In this document: piece by piece, positions 1-12,633 of the stretch
How the letters are laid out: each line of letters opens with the position of its first letter
How positions within the stretch are numbered: position 1 is the first letter of the stretch
Origin: Mobula hypostoma
Taxonomy: Eukaryota
Assembly: GCF_963921235.1 (NCBI RefSeq)
Contig: NC_086098.1
Location: forward strand, 8,494,001-8,558,000
Direction of reading: 5' to 3'
DNA: 64,000 nt
Translations under genes and position numbers: made by a program
Notes under the pieces: model-generated
The model's database searches: none
What the model saw: only the letters and a program-made list of their open reading frames with translations
Told to the model about the DNA's origin: nothing

Positions 1-200
1 AAGAACAGACCATAGGCACAGTAAAAAATAGTCACAAAGTCCCAAGACAATCGACTCCCGAGTCCCCGATAGCAGGCGGCAAAAGGGAGAAACTCCCTGC
101 CATAAACCTCCAGGCACTGTCAACTTGCCGATACCTTGGAAGCAGCCGACCCCAGCCGACCCGGAGTCCATCCGTCCGAAAACTCCGAGCTTCCGAGAAC
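1..200 (-). mobile_element. Partial copy of non-autonomous retroposon 'family A'
   Basis: Reverse complement matches the internal part of copies at 9436, 24063 and 39521 (…gtgcc(c/t)atggtctgttctt…, cggagttttcggacggactc). Confidence 0.75.
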
Positions 201-202
201 TG

Positions 203-490
203 TGACTTAGGAGAAGATATGTTTTCCAGCAAGCCAATGACCCCAGGCATAAAGCCAAAACTACATAGGAATGGCTTAGAAACAAGTCAGAGTCCAGATC
301 TCAATCCAATTGAGAATTGGTGGCTGGACTGGAAAAGGGCTGTTCACTCACGATCCCCATGCAATCTGACAGAGCTTGAGCAGCTTTGTAAAGAAAAAAG
401 GGGAAAAATTGCAGTGTTGAAATGTGCAAAGAGACCTATCCACACAGACTCAAGGCTGCAATTGCTGCCAAAGGTGCATCTACTAAGTTC
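203..490 (+). pseudogene. Tc1 transposase C-terminal fragment (degenerate)
   Basis: Translates to FQQ.NDP.H and QSPDLNPIENWW…SPCNLTELEQLCKE; homologous to the element at 45398-47510. Confidence 0.85.
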
Positions 491-927
491 CTCCTGCATT
501 TTGTGTTTGTTACTGTCAGGGAATTTTTAAAATAAAGCTCAATACCAGACTTCTAGTGCCGCAGAACTCCCTCAGAAGCTGAAGATTGCTACTGGTACAA
601 ATTACACCTGAATCTGACTTGTGTATAGTTATAGAACCACAGCACAGAACCTTTATGCTGCCTAGTTCCATCAACTTGCACGCAGACCATAGTCCTCCAT
701 ACCCCACCCATCCATGTAATTATCCCAATTTCCCTTCGATGTAGAGTCATGATATTAAGTTTGTTCTGCTGGTGAATCTAGCTTAAACCAATGGTTCGCA
801 TTTCTTGATATTTTTAAACCAGCTTTGCTTTCCAAATTTTCAAAATCAGAATCAGGCTTATTATCAAAGTTCAAAGTACATATATGTTGCTATATACAAC
901 CCTGAGGTCCATTTTCTTGTAGACATA

Positions 928-2400
928 GGTGAGGTACCGGAGGATTAGAGAGTAGCTCATGTTGTTCCGTTGTTTAAAAAAGGATCGAAAAGTAATCCGG
1001 GAAATTATAGGCCAGTAAATTTAACGTCGGTAGTAGGTAAGTTATTGGAGGGAGTACTAAGAGACAGAATCTACAAGCATTTGGATAGACTGGGACTTAT
1101 TAGGGAGAGTCAACATGGCTTTGTGTGTGGTAGGTCATGTTTGACCAATCTATTGGAGTTTTTCGAGGAGGTTACTGGGAAAGTGGATGAAGGGAAGGCA
1201 GTGGATATTGTCTACATGGACTTCAGTAAGGCCTTTGATAAGGTCCCGCATGGGAGGTTAGTTAGGAAAATTTAGTCGCTAGGTATACATGGAGAGGTGG
1301 TAAATTGGATTAGACATTGTCTCGATGGAAGAAGCCAGAGAGTGGTGGTAGAGAATTGCTTCTCTGAATGGAGGCCCGTGACTAGTGGTGTGCCACAGGG
1401 ATCAGTGCTGGGTCCATTGTTATTTGTCATCTATATCAATGATCTGGATGATAATGTGGTAAATTGGATCAGCAAGTTTGCTGATGATACAAAGATTGGA
1501 GGTGTAGTAGACAGTGAGGAAGGTTTTCAGAGCCTGCAGAGGGACTTGGACCAGCTGGAAAAATGGGCTGAAAAATGGCAGATGGAGTTTAATACTGACA
1601 AGTGTGAGGTATTGCACGTTGGAAGGACAAACCAAGGTAGAACATACAGGGTTAATGGTAAGGCACCGAGGAGTGCAGTGGAACAGAGGGATCTGGGAAT
1701 ACAGATACAAAATCCCCTAAAGGTGGCGTCATAGGTAGATAGGGTCGTAAAGAGAGCTTTTGGTACATTGGCATTTATTAATCAAAGTGCTGAGTATAAG
1801 AGCTGGAATGTTATGATGAGGTTGTATAAGGCATTGGTGAGGCCGAATCTGGAGTATTGTGATCAGTTTTGGTCACCAAATTACAGGTAGGATATAAATA
1901 AGGTTGAAAGAGTGCAGAGAAGGTTTACAAGGATGTTGCCGGGACTTGAGAAACTCAGTTACAGAGAAAGGTTGAGTAGGTTGGGACTTTATTCCCTGGG
2001 GCGTAGAAGAATGAGGGGAGATTTGATAGAGGTATATAAAATTATGATGGGTATAGATAGAGTGAATGCAAGCAGGCTTTTTCCACTGAGGCAAAGGGAG
2101 AAAAAAACCAGAGAACATGGGTTTAGGGTGAGGGGGGAAAAGTTTAAAGGGAACATTAATGGGGGCTTCTTCACACAGAGAGTGGTGGGAGTATGGAATG
2201 AGCTGCCAGACGAGGTGGTAAATGCGGGTTCTTTTTTAACATTTAAGAAAAAATTGGACAGACACATGGATGGGAGGTGTATGGAGGGATATGGTCCGTA
2301 TGCAGGTCAGTGGGACTAGGCAGAAAATGGTTCGGCACAGCCAAGAAGGGCCAAAAGGCCTGTTTCTGTGCTGTAGTTTCTATGGTTTCTATGGTTTCTA
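928..2400 (+). mobile_element. CR1-clade LINE (HER1-like), 5'-truncated; ORF2 RT in one frame with in-frame stops
   Basis: PGNYRPVNLTS, QHGF, DFSKAFDKVPH, SGVPQGSVLGP, KFADDTK; ORFs at 970, 1297 and 1912 share a frame; 3' tail (tttctatgg)n ends at 2400. Confidence 0.95.
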
Positions 2401-2769
2401 CTTAATAAATCCATACAATAATAACCATAACAGAATTAATGAAAGATTGCCTAACTTGGGCATTCAACCAGTGTGTAGAAAATTTCAAATGCATTAAATT
2501 TTAGTCCAAAGTTGTAGGACTGATTTTTGATTTGCATTTGAATTTTAGAAATTTCTTCATGAAATCTCTGGTAAATTTCATATTATATTTTCTTACAACA
2601 TGAAAGTCCATTCAGTCCATTTTCACTGTGCTGACTCCCAGAGCAATCCCATCAATCTATTTTCCTCACCTAATTCCTTATGTTTTTACATAAGCATTCA
2701 ACTTTAACATAATAATGCAACTGTCCTCATTTTGATAAAATATTTATTAAAATCATAGTAACTTGACCC

Positions 2770-4280
2770 TCGCACTTTCTCCAAACTCAAAGGGTAGCCA
2801 CGGGCTCTTGCATGGGTCCCAGCTATGCCTGCCTCTTTGTTGGCTATTTAGAGCAGTCTATGTTCGAAGCCTTCCCTGGTTATACTGCCCAGTTCTTCCT
2901 CCGCTACGTTGATGACTGCATTGGTGCTGCTTCATGCACCGATGCTGACCTCGTCAATCTCATCAACTTAGCCTCTAACTTCCACCCTGTCCTTGAATTC
3001 ACTTGGTCCATTTCTGACACCTCCCTCCTCTTTCTTGGCCTGTCTCCAACTCTGTAGACAAACTGTCAACCACCATCCTTTATCAATCTACTGATTCCCA
3101 TGGCCATCTTGACTGGACCTCTTCCCACTCTATCTCCTGTAAGAATGCTATTCCCTTTCCTCAATCTCTTCGCCTCCACCCTATCTGTTCCCAGGGTGTG
3201 GCTTTCCATCATATGACATCAGAAATGTCTTCCTTCTCAAAAGAACGGCGTTTCCCCTCCTCCACTATCAATGCTGCCCTCACAGGCATCTCCTCCATTC
3301 CCCAACCTCTGCACTCACCCCATCTTGCCACCTCCATAACGGTGATAGAGTCCTGAGTCCCTCTTGCCCTTACCTCAATCCATCAGCCTCCACATCCAAC
3401 AACTATCTTCCACAACTTCCACCTCCTGAAAAAGGATCATACCATTAAACATATCTTTACTCCACTTTCCACAGGAATCATTCCCTCTGCGATTCTCTTG
3501 CTCGTTCCCCCCTTCCCACTAATCTCCCTCCAGGCACTGATCCCTGAAAGCAGCCAAAGCGCTACACCTGCCCATTCACCCCCTCCCTCGCCTCCATTCA
3601 GGCCCCCAGACAGCCCTTCCAGGTGAGGCAACACTTCACCGACGAATCTGCTGGGGTTGTCTATGCTCCCAATGCGGCCTCCTCTACATATGTGAGACCC
3701 ATCATAAACTGGGGGACTGCTTCGATGAGCATCTCCACTCCATCCGCCAAAGCAGAACTTCCCAGTGGCCAAACATTTTAATTCTGATTCCCATTCCTGT
3801 TCTGACATATCAGTCCATGACCTCCTCTTGTGCCAAGATGAGGCCACCCTCAGGGTGGAGGCATAACACCTGATATTCCATCTGGGTACCTTCCAACCTG
3901 ATGGCATGAATATTGATTTCTCCTGCCATTAACGTATTCCCTGCACCTTCCTCAATTCCCCTCTCTGACCTTCAACCTCTTCTCACCTGCCTATTACTTC
4001 CCCCGGGTCCCCTCCTTCCCTTTCTCCTATGGTCCACTCTCCTCTCCTATCAGATTCTTTCTGCTCCAGCCCTTTACTTACCGACCCACCTGGCTTCACC
4101 TATCACCTTCCAGCTAGCCTCCTTCCCCTCACCTCACCTTTTTATTCTGCATCTTCCCTCTTCCTTCTCAGTCCTCATGAAGAGTCCCGAATCACTGACT
4201 GCTTGTTCTTTTCCATAGATGCTGGCTGACCTGCTGAGTGCCTCCAGTGTCTTGCATGTGGGGATTTGCATTTCCAGCAT
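2770..4280 (+). mobile_element. Penelope-like retroelement, degenerate (RT, GIY-YIG, 3' end)
   Basis: MGPSYACLFVGYLE…FLRYVDDCIG RT motifs; downstream homology to the GIY-YIG region at 16152-16478; shared 3' tail cagcatctgcag. Confidence 0.9.
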
Positions 4281-4599
4281 CTGCAGGATCCCCTGTGTTT
4301 CTTTTTCATTATTCTCTTTTAATAAAGTTACAAATTCACAAAATGAAATATGGATGTAAAATACCAAACAATATAACAAATCTAACTGCCAAAATATTGA
4401 ACCACAGAGAAACGTTCTAAACAACAGCGGTTAATATGAGTTCTGATCATTGAAATAAGGTGCCAGCTGGGCAGAGCTGGTGTCTTGTCAATGGATAGTC
4501 TGCCATCTAGTGTCATTTCTGGGCATTGTTACAGACTGTAACTTGCTGTAAAGGTGAATGAGGTTTCCAGCAGATTTGAAAAGCTGCTCTATCCTTGCC

Positions 4600-7290
4600 A
4601 TTGATTACACCATAAAGTGAATCCTGTTTCTGGTAAATGATGGACTTCCATCAATCTTCCTAAGAGAACCTATCTATACCCCTCAAAATTTTGTAAACTA
4701 GCAAATCTCCCCTCAATCTTCAATGTTTATGGAATTAAGTGCTAATCTATTCAACTTTTCCCTGTAACTCAGGTCCTCCAGACCCAGCAACATCCTCGTA
4801 GTTTTTTTCGATACTCTTTCAATCTTATTTACATCTTTCCTGTATGTAGGTGACCAAAACTGTACCCAATACACCAGATTAGGCCTCAGTAACGTCTTAT
4901 ACAATTTCAACATAACATCCCAACTCCTCTACTCAATAGATTATGAAGGTCAATGAAGGTCAATGTGCCAGAAGCTTTCTTTATGACCCTATCTACCTCT
5001 GATGCTACTTCATGGACCTGTATTCCCAGATCACTCTGGCCTAAAACACTCCTCCGTGCCGCATTGCTCACTGTGTAAGACCACTCTAGTTGGCCCTACT
5101 AAAGGGAAACATCTCACACTTGCTATTTTTCCAGCTGGTCCAGAACCTGCTGCAAGCTTTGATAGTCTTTCCCGCGTAGTCTACTACAACTCAATCTTGG
5201 TGTCATCTGCAAAATGGGTCTTCTTGACCAATCTCCCATGCAGGACCTTTTCAAAGGCCTTGCTAAGGTCCATCTAGATAATATCCACTGATGTGTCTTC
5301 ATCAACTTTCCTGGTAACTCCTTCAAAAAACTCCATAAGATTAGTTAGACATGACTTACCATGCACAAAGTCATGTTGACTATCCCAATCAGTCCCTGTC
5401 TATCCAAATACTTACATACTTTTATATAAACTTCAAAAACCTTCCAATAACTTTACCACTACTGATGTCAGGCTCACTGGCTTATTTTACATCCTTTCTT
5501 AAGCAATGGAACAACATAAGCTATCATCTAATCCTCCGGCACCTCACCTGGGCCTAAGGATGTTTTAAATATCTCTGCTAGGGCCCCTGCTATTTCTGCA
5601 CTTGCCTCCCACAGGATCTGAAGGAACACCTTGTCAGGCTCTGGGGATCTATCTACCCTAATTTGCCTTGATTGCAAACACCACCTCCTCAGCAATCTGT
5701 ATCGGGTCCTCGACCTTGCTGCTATATTGCCTCACATTTATAGTTTCTGTATCCTTCTCCCAAGTAAATTCAGGTGCAACATATCCATCTAAAAACTCCC
5801 CCATCTCTTTCAGCTTCACACTTAGATTAACACTGTGATCTTTCAGAGGACCAATGTTGTCCCTTGCTATTATTTTGCTCTTAATAATATCTGTAGAGGC
5901 CCTTAGGATTCACCATCAACTTGTCTACTGGAGTAATTTCATGTCTTCTTTTAGCCTCCTGATTTTCTTCTTAAAAGTATTCTCTTGTATTTCTTATATT
6001 CCTCAAGTATCTTATTTGTTCCTCACCTGCCTATACCTCCTTTTTACCTTACCTCTTTTTTCCTAACCAGGACCTCAATATCTCTCGAAAACCAAGGTTG
6101 CATAAACCTGTTATCCTTGCTTTTTATCCTGACAAGAACATACAAATTCTGTTCTCTCAAAGTGTCACTTTTGAAAGCCTCCTATTTACCAAGTACACCT
6201 TTGCCAGAAAACAACCTGTCCCAATCCACACTTGCCAGATCCTTTTTGATACCATCAAAATTGACCTTTCTCTAATTTAGAATCTCTGCCTGAGGACCAG
6301 GCATATCCTTTTCCATAATTACTTAGAAACTAATGACATTATGATTACCAGATGCAAAGTGTTCTCCTTTACAAACTTCTGTCACCTGCCCTGTCTCATT
6401 CCTTCATAGGAGATTCATATCACATTCTCTCTAGTTGGGAGTTCTATGTACTGATTAAGGAAACTTTCCTGAATACATTTGACAAACTCTTTTCCATCCA
6501 ATCCTTTTACAGGATGGGAGTCCCAGTCAATATATGGAAAGTTAAAATCACTTACAATCAAAACCTTATGTTTTTGCAATAGCCTGCAATCTCTGTACAA
6601 ATTTTCTCCTTTAAATCCCATGGACTGCTGAGTGGTTTGGGTTTGGGTGTTTGGGTATTTGACCCTCCACAATATTCCGCGTGGGAATTTAAACTGGAGG
6701 TGGCAGTGTTTTTTTAACGAGGTCGAGCTGCGAGCTCGACATCAACCTGGCATGGATGGAAAGCGCGCTCGGGAGGGGTCTGTCACTGTATCGAACTCGG
6801 GAACCTCTGTTCTCGAGCCCGGCGCTGATTTCACTGCGCCACCAAATGACCTAATAATGGTCTAATAATACAATCCCATTATCGTGGTCATACTGTTCCT
6901 ATTCCTCAGTTCTACTCATAAAGCCTCACTAGACAAGCTCTCCAGTCTGTCCTGACTGAGCACTGCCATGACATTTTCCCTGACTAGTAATGCCACCCCT
7001 CCCCCCTTAATCCCACCCATTCCATCACGTCTAACATGAACCCTGCCACTTCAGCAACCAAGTCTGACTAATGCCTGCAATGTCATAATGCCACATGCAA
7101 ATCCATGCCCCAAGTCACCTGCCTTTCCTACAATACTCTGCGTTGAATGATATGCGGCTCGGAACACTGGCCCCACCATGCTCAACCTTTTAATTCCTGA
7201 CGGTGTATATAGGCTTAAGAACATTTTCTCCACATCCACTCCACCATCTTTTCTAGCGTTCTGGTTCCCATCACTCTGTAACACTAATTT
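4600..7290 (-). mobile_element. Old CR1 LINE (endonuclease + RT remnants) interrupted by a SINE
   Basis: Minus-strand VSDFNFPYIDW…FLNQYIELPTRE (APE endonuclease) and LYKTLLRPNLVYWVQFWSP. Confidence 0.85.
6632..6848 (-). mobile_element. tRNA-derived SINE
   Basis: Minus strand starts tggtggcgcagtg (A box) … gagttcgat (B box); 3' tail of cccaaa-type repeats; CpG-rich. Confidence 0.75.
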
Positions 7291-7291
7291 C

Positions 7292-7612
7292 ATCAGGGTC
7301 TATTCCTGAAGCCTTCCCCATGAGCAAGGCAGCAGTGGGCCGAGATCAGAGTTTTCCTTCTCGTTGATGAACTGCCAACCACGGTTGATGAGCCCTCTCT
7401 GCCCGAAGTGGCTGGTTTTAGGGTGCCATCTTTGCCTCTGCTCCTGTCAGTAGAAATGGTTCCGCTGGGTTTAGTAGCTAAGCCACACCTGAAGACTAAA
7501 AGCTGGACTTGATTGCCAGAGACTATTTGAGGTGCACGCCATTGGGATTATTTGATAGGTACTGGGAGTTCATCCCCTCTAGCACCCCTAGTTATAACAA
7601 CCTTAAGGAACC
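7292..7612 (-). mobile_element. RTE-type 5' region / RTE-related repeat
   Basis: Inverted homolog of 17965-18450 (taaggttgtta…, ccaatgg.gtgcacc, gggctcatcaacc). Confidence 0.55.
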
Positions 7613-7636
7613 TCCCCAAAAGAAGTTCTATTACTA

Positions 7637-7777
7637 CTTACTGTGTCCTGAGGAAGGGTCTCAGCCCAAAATGTTGACTGGCAATTCCACTCCATGGATG
7701 CTGACTGACCTGTTGAGTTCCTCCAGCATTTTGTGTGCATTGCACAAGATTTCTAACATCTGCTGAAATCTCTTGTG
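7637..7777 (+). mobile_element. Short Penelope 3'-end copy with decayed hammerhead
   Basis: gtcctgaggaagggtctcagcccaaaatgttgact…; flanks tctattacta / tctactacta (possible TSD). Confidence 0.75.
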
Positions 7778-7933
7778 TCTACTACTATTTATATATAATA
7801 TGAAATCTACGCACTTAATGTAAATATTGTGACATTATTAATACAAATGTTGTTCTGAGGTAATTGTCTCATATTTCTAAGATGAGTAAGTATCTTGCTC
7901 ACAAAATAATGCAAAGTGTTTTACCTCTCAACA

Positions 7934-8232
7934 GGCAGCATGGTAGTGGATACTGTAATGATTTACAGTACCAGTGAGCTGTAGATCTGGGTTTAATTCT
8001 CACTGCTGTCTGTAAGGAGTATGTACTCTCTCTTCATGACTTCATGGGTTTCCTCCCACACTCCAAAAAGAAACTTTACGGGATAGGGTTAGTAAGTTGC
8101 AGGCATGCTATGTCGGAGCCAGAAGCAAGGCAACACTTGCTGGCTGTCACCAGCACATTCTCGGACTGTATTCGTTATTGATGCAAATAAAGCATTTCGC
8201 TGTATGTTTTGATGTACTGGTGACAAATAAAA
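7934..8232 (+). mobile_element. V-SINE-like tRNA-derived SINE
   Basis: tgggtttcctcccacactccaaa V-domain remnant; tail gtgacaaataaa shared with other copies. Confidence 0.6.
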
Positions 8233-8309
8233 AAAAGTATTTTTCCTCCTCTTCTAAGTCCATTATGGTGGTATAGTGTGGCACATTGGCACTGCAACCC
8301 AGGCTCAGA

Positions 8310-8830
8310 CTTGCGAGAAGTTTTGAGCCCCTTTTCAAAGGAAGGATGTGCTGGCATTGGAGAAGGGTCAGAGGAGGTTCACGAAAATGATTCTGGGAAT
8401 GAAATTATTACCGTATGAGAACAATTGAAGGCTTGTACTCACTAGAATTCAGAAGAATGAGGGTGGATCTCATTGAAGCCTATCAAATGAGACCTCAATA
8501 GAGTGATGTGGAGAGCATGTTTCCTATAGGGGGGTAGTCTAGGATCAGAGGGCACAGCCCCAGAATAGAGGGGCGTCCTTTTAGAGCTGAGATGAGGAGG
8601 AATTTCTTTAGCCAGAGTGTGGTGAATCTGTGGAATTTATTGCCACAGGCAGCCATGGAGGCCAATTCATTGGGTATATTTAAGGCAGAGGTTGATAGAT
8701 TCTTGATCAGTCAGGGCATGAAGAGATATGGAGAGGAGGCAGGAGACTGGGACTAAGAGGGAAAATGGATCAGCCATGATGAAATGGCAGTGCAGACTCG
8801 ATGGGCCAAATGGCCTAATTCTGTTCCTAT
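8310..8830 (+). mobile_element. CR1 LINE 3' fragment
   Basis: cagaggaggttcacg…gtggtgaatctgtggaat…gatgggccaaatggcctaattctg 3' UTR. Confidence 0.85.
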
Positions 8831-9041
8831 ATTTTACGGTCTTCTCGGCTATCCCAAAAACATGTAGGTTGATAATTTAACTGGCCAGTGTAAAATATTT
8901 CTATGTGTTGATAAATGGTAAAATGTAGGAAGAGATGGTGGGAATGGGGAGTGGATAAAATGAGTTTGGGTAGTTTGAGTGTGAAAAGGCTGCTTGAATG
9001 TTGACTAGCCTCTGTGAATAGAAAAGATTTTAACTCTAATG

Positions 9042-9122
9042 CAGGGGCTTCCCAACCTGGGCTCCACAAACCCCTTGTTTAATGGAATTGGTCCATGGCA
9101 TAAAGGTGGTTGGGGACCCCTG
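9042..9122. mobile_element. hAT-type MITE (~80 bp)
   Basis: TIRs caggggcttcccaacc / ggttggggacccctg; same family as 34239 and 62331. Confidence 0.65.
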
Positions 9123-9139
9123 TTCTAACATATGTTTTC

Positions 9140-9435
9140 AGGGACTGTTATAACTTTTCAACCATCAGTCTCCTGAACCATGATGGATAACTTCACTCAC
9201 CTCAACACTGAACTGATTCCACAACCGATGGGTTCACTTGCAAGGACTCTACAACTCACATTCACAGCATTATTTAGTTCTTTTTTTTGTTTTCTTTCTT
9301 TATTGTTTTTTTACTTACATGGTTTTGCACATTAATTATTTGTCAGTCTTTACATGTAGTTCTTCACTGATTCTATTACATTTCTTTGTATCTATTTGAA
9401 TGCCTGTGAATCTGTGAAATATGGTAGTATATAGT
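9140..9435 (+). mobile_element. Rex1/L2-type LINE 3' tail fragment
   Basis: accatcag.ctcctgaacc…actcac.t.caaggactct…; homologous to 25440-25788 and 28540-28890. Confidence 0.65.
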
Positions 9436-10037
9436 GTGCACGGCCGTTCCGAATGATATCGATTATGTGTTAACTAGGTACCGTGCACAATCCAGATTTG
9501 ATAGAGGCAGACGTGAGAACCACGGAAGAACACCTGGAGAAACTTCTGAAATGCCCACTTCGCTGCCGCTGTTACTGTGCGATCGAGAATCTCCGGAGAC
9601 GAAGGCCCCAAATCCTCGGCTTTGCCTATTGCCTGTTGCCGGGGCCGGGGTCGAAGCGCTCGGCAGAGATGGTGCTCGGTGCTCGGTGTTGGAGAGCTGG
9701 TCAGAGGCTCGAAGTTTTCGGACGGACTCGGAGTCGGACTGTGGTCGGATGCTTCCAGGATGCTGCATCGGCAAGTTTGCGGTGCTGGAGGTTCACAGTC
9801 TCCGTGAGATGATGGGACTTTCGAGAGACTTTGAGACTTTTTACCGTGCCCATGGTCTGTTCTTATCAAATTACAGTATTGCTTTGCACTGTTGTAACTA
9901 TATGTTACAATTATGTGGTTTTTGTCAGTTTTTAAGTTGGTTTGTCATGTGTTTCTGTGATATCATTCTGGAAAAACATTGTACCATTTCATACTAAATG
10001 ACAATAAAAGAGGACTGCGTGTCCTCATAATCTAATA
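9436..10037 (+). mobile_element. Non-autonomous retroposon family A
   Basis: CpG-rich body; 3' end gacaataaaagaggactgcgtgtcctcataatctaat; near-identical to 27664-28300 in reverse. Confidence 0.85.
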
Positions 10038-10191
10038 GCATATACCCACTTTGAACTACACTTGCTGGTTGTCCGGAACTATCCTTGCTCATTTGATTTA
10101 TGCAAAACGATGCAGTTCACTACATGTTTCGACGTACAGGTGACAAATAAAGCAAATCTTTCATCTTTAAAACTTTGCCAGTGTTCTAGCA

Positions 10192-10490
10192 TGGGGCGCC
10201 ACAGTAGCACAGCGGTCAGCACTGCGCTATTACAACTTGGAGCATTCCAGACTTCGGGGTTCAATTCTGGCGCTGCCTGTAAGGGGTTTGTACGTTCTGC
10301 CCATGACTGCGTGGGTTTCATCCAGACACTCTGGTTTCCGCCCACAGTCCAAAAACATACTGGTTAGTGGGTTTAATTGGTCATTGTAAATTTTCCTGTG
10401 ATTAGCCTAGTGTTAAGTAGTTGGATTGCTGGGTGGTGTGTCTTATTGGACTGGAAGGGCCTGTGCTGCACTGTCTCTCAAAAATAATTT
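10192..10490 (+). mobile_element. V-SINE-like SINE
   Basis: tRNA-like head (ggggttcaattc B box) plus cgtgggtttc…ggtttcc.cccacagtccaaa V-domain. Confidence 0.75.
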
Positions 10491-10901
10491 ATCATTTAAT
10501 GGGGGTGGTGGTGGGTGGAGATGTCACTATCTTGCTTCCACATAACAGCCCCAAACATAAACCAGACACATCGTTTTTACCCACACAGTGTTATAGAACA
10601 GCAAGCAAAGAATTCAGCACTCTGCCAGCTGTGTGAATGACTGTAGACTAACTGCAAACCCCTTTTCTTTGCCATCGATTCTCATGCTGCTGGAGTCTAT
10701 TTGTTACAGGTTTAATATGAAAAATTCAGAGTTTGAGAATCTCATGCGTCATCTTGGTTAACGATGTAAAGTTACATTTTATACTATGAAAAATAGCCAG
10801 AACTGTGTCTGAATTTTGATTTATTTTTCAAATTTTAGGAAATTGGTTAATTAGCCGAGGACTGAAAAAATTAGTACACGCACGAATGGCAGAATGCCAC
10901 T

Positions 10902-11521
10902 TGTGATGTCCTGTAAGAATTCATGTGACAGGGTCACTAGTGAGCTCGAGTGCAGGAATCCAAGAGACTTCGCCAAGTCAAACAAAACAAAAGATTTATT
11001 ACAGAAATTAACCAGAAAAAAAACTAACAAGAACTCAGGCAAACTATACAGAATGTTGAAAAGCTGAATCACTCACAATACACAGAAGAATTCAGTCTCG
11101 GTTTCACCAGACAAGGGTCCACAACAACTGAGCAAAGAGGGGTTGACAAATGCCCCGAAATACACCCTGGACCATGTAGTAATTCAGAACCAATCAGACA
11201 GCCTCGTGTCCAGATGAAGCAATAAGTCCCAAGGACAACAACTGCAATGCAAGTCATTGACAATCCCCGGTTAATTCAATTACCCCAAAATCATATAAAA
11301 GTGATAAATACAAAGAGGTTTTAACAATCCCCATGATCCCAAATGAGACGCCTGCAAAACAAAGTGAAAACCCAGAGCTAGTCCAAAGACAAACAATTAG
11401 ACATAAAAAGGTAAACAATCTAAGGAACACTACTATCCATGAGGTTACACTGAAAGAATACAATCCATATACTAAATGAAAAATATATATTACTTTTAAA
11501 AAACAACCCCTGGTTGTGACA
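10902..11521 (-). mobile_element. Possible solo LTR
   Basis: TG…CA ends (tgtgatgtcc…gttgtgaca) and AATAAA on the minus strand near 10995; no TSD found. Confidence 0.35.
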
Positions 11522-12249
11522 TTATGTTGGGACGGCAACTATTCATTGTAATTATAAAGGACTTAGCTTGCTACCCATTATCTACAAAATCACATCAGTC
11601 AATGGTACAACTGTAAACAGTGTAGATGTTTTAAATCACAAAGTAAGATTAAAAGATTAAGTAAGTAGGCAAATGGATGTTGGTGCAGAAAAAATGTGAG
11701 ATCTTTCACTTTGTACCTAAAAAAGATTGAGTGAAGTACTTTAGAAATAAGGAAAGCAAGAAACAGTTGAGGTCAATAAAGATTAGGAGGTCAATGTACA
11801 AAGATTATTAAGATATTGTGAGCAGGCAAGAACATAATCAAAGTGGTTTAATAGAATAAATGGAGGACTGAGATACCTAAAGAATAAATCTGAATCAGAT
11901 TTGGGTTTTTCATTGGTGACATATGTCGTGAAGTTTGCTCTTTTGTGGCAGCAGTACAGGGCAATATATAAAAATTGTGATAACTTACAAATAAGTGAAT
12001 GAATAAATAAATAAATAGACAAATGATTATTTCATAAGAATGCTGAATGACAAAATATGGTTATTCTACTTTTGCGTCTATAAGCAATAAATGGTTAAGG
12101 AACCAGGGAACAGAATTTCAGCAATTGATAATGAAGCATTTAGTAATTTTTTTAAAGTAATATTTTTAATATTTTCTTTGTTTCCCCAGAGGATGTGCAT
12201 ACTAGCAAAAGTGAGATTTTGTATAAATGGGCAAATATTTTAAGGTAAC

Positions 12250-12633
12250 CCACACAAATTGCTGGAGGAACTCAGCAGATCACGGAAATCTATGGAAATG
12301 AATAATCAGTCGATGTCTCAAGCTGACACCCTTCACCAGAAATGGAAAGGAAGAGTCATAGAGCCATAGAGAAGTACAGCACAGTAACAGACCCTTCAGC
12401 CCATCTAGTCCATGCCAAAACTATTTCGACTGCCTACACCCAATGACTTGCACAGGGATCAGAGCCCTCCATTTCCCTACCATCCATGTACCTATCTAAC
12501 CTTCTCTAAAATGATTGCATTGTCCACATGGAAGAGGGAAGACGCCAGAATAAAAAGGTGGGGGGAGGGGAAGGAGGGTAGCTAGAAGGTGACAGGCAAA
12601 GCCAGTGGGTTGTAAGGTTAAGGGCTGGAGAAG
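12250..12633 (-). mobile_element. Short Penelope 3'-end copy with perfect 17-bp TSD, containing a nested CR1 3' fragment (12356-12529)
   Basis: TSD aaatattttaaggtaac at 12233-12249 and 12634-12650; inner TSD ggaagag at 12349-12355 and 12530-12536. Confidence 0.85.

Noticed and set aside
6780..6848. tRNA gene
   Set aside because: A/B boxes are present, but no complete cloverleaf was seen and it continues into a SINE body and tail; the same applies at 34666.
9434..9997. Overlapping ORFs (up to 187 aa) in family A
   Set aside because: GC-rich repeat with frames not preserved among copies and no recognisable domain.
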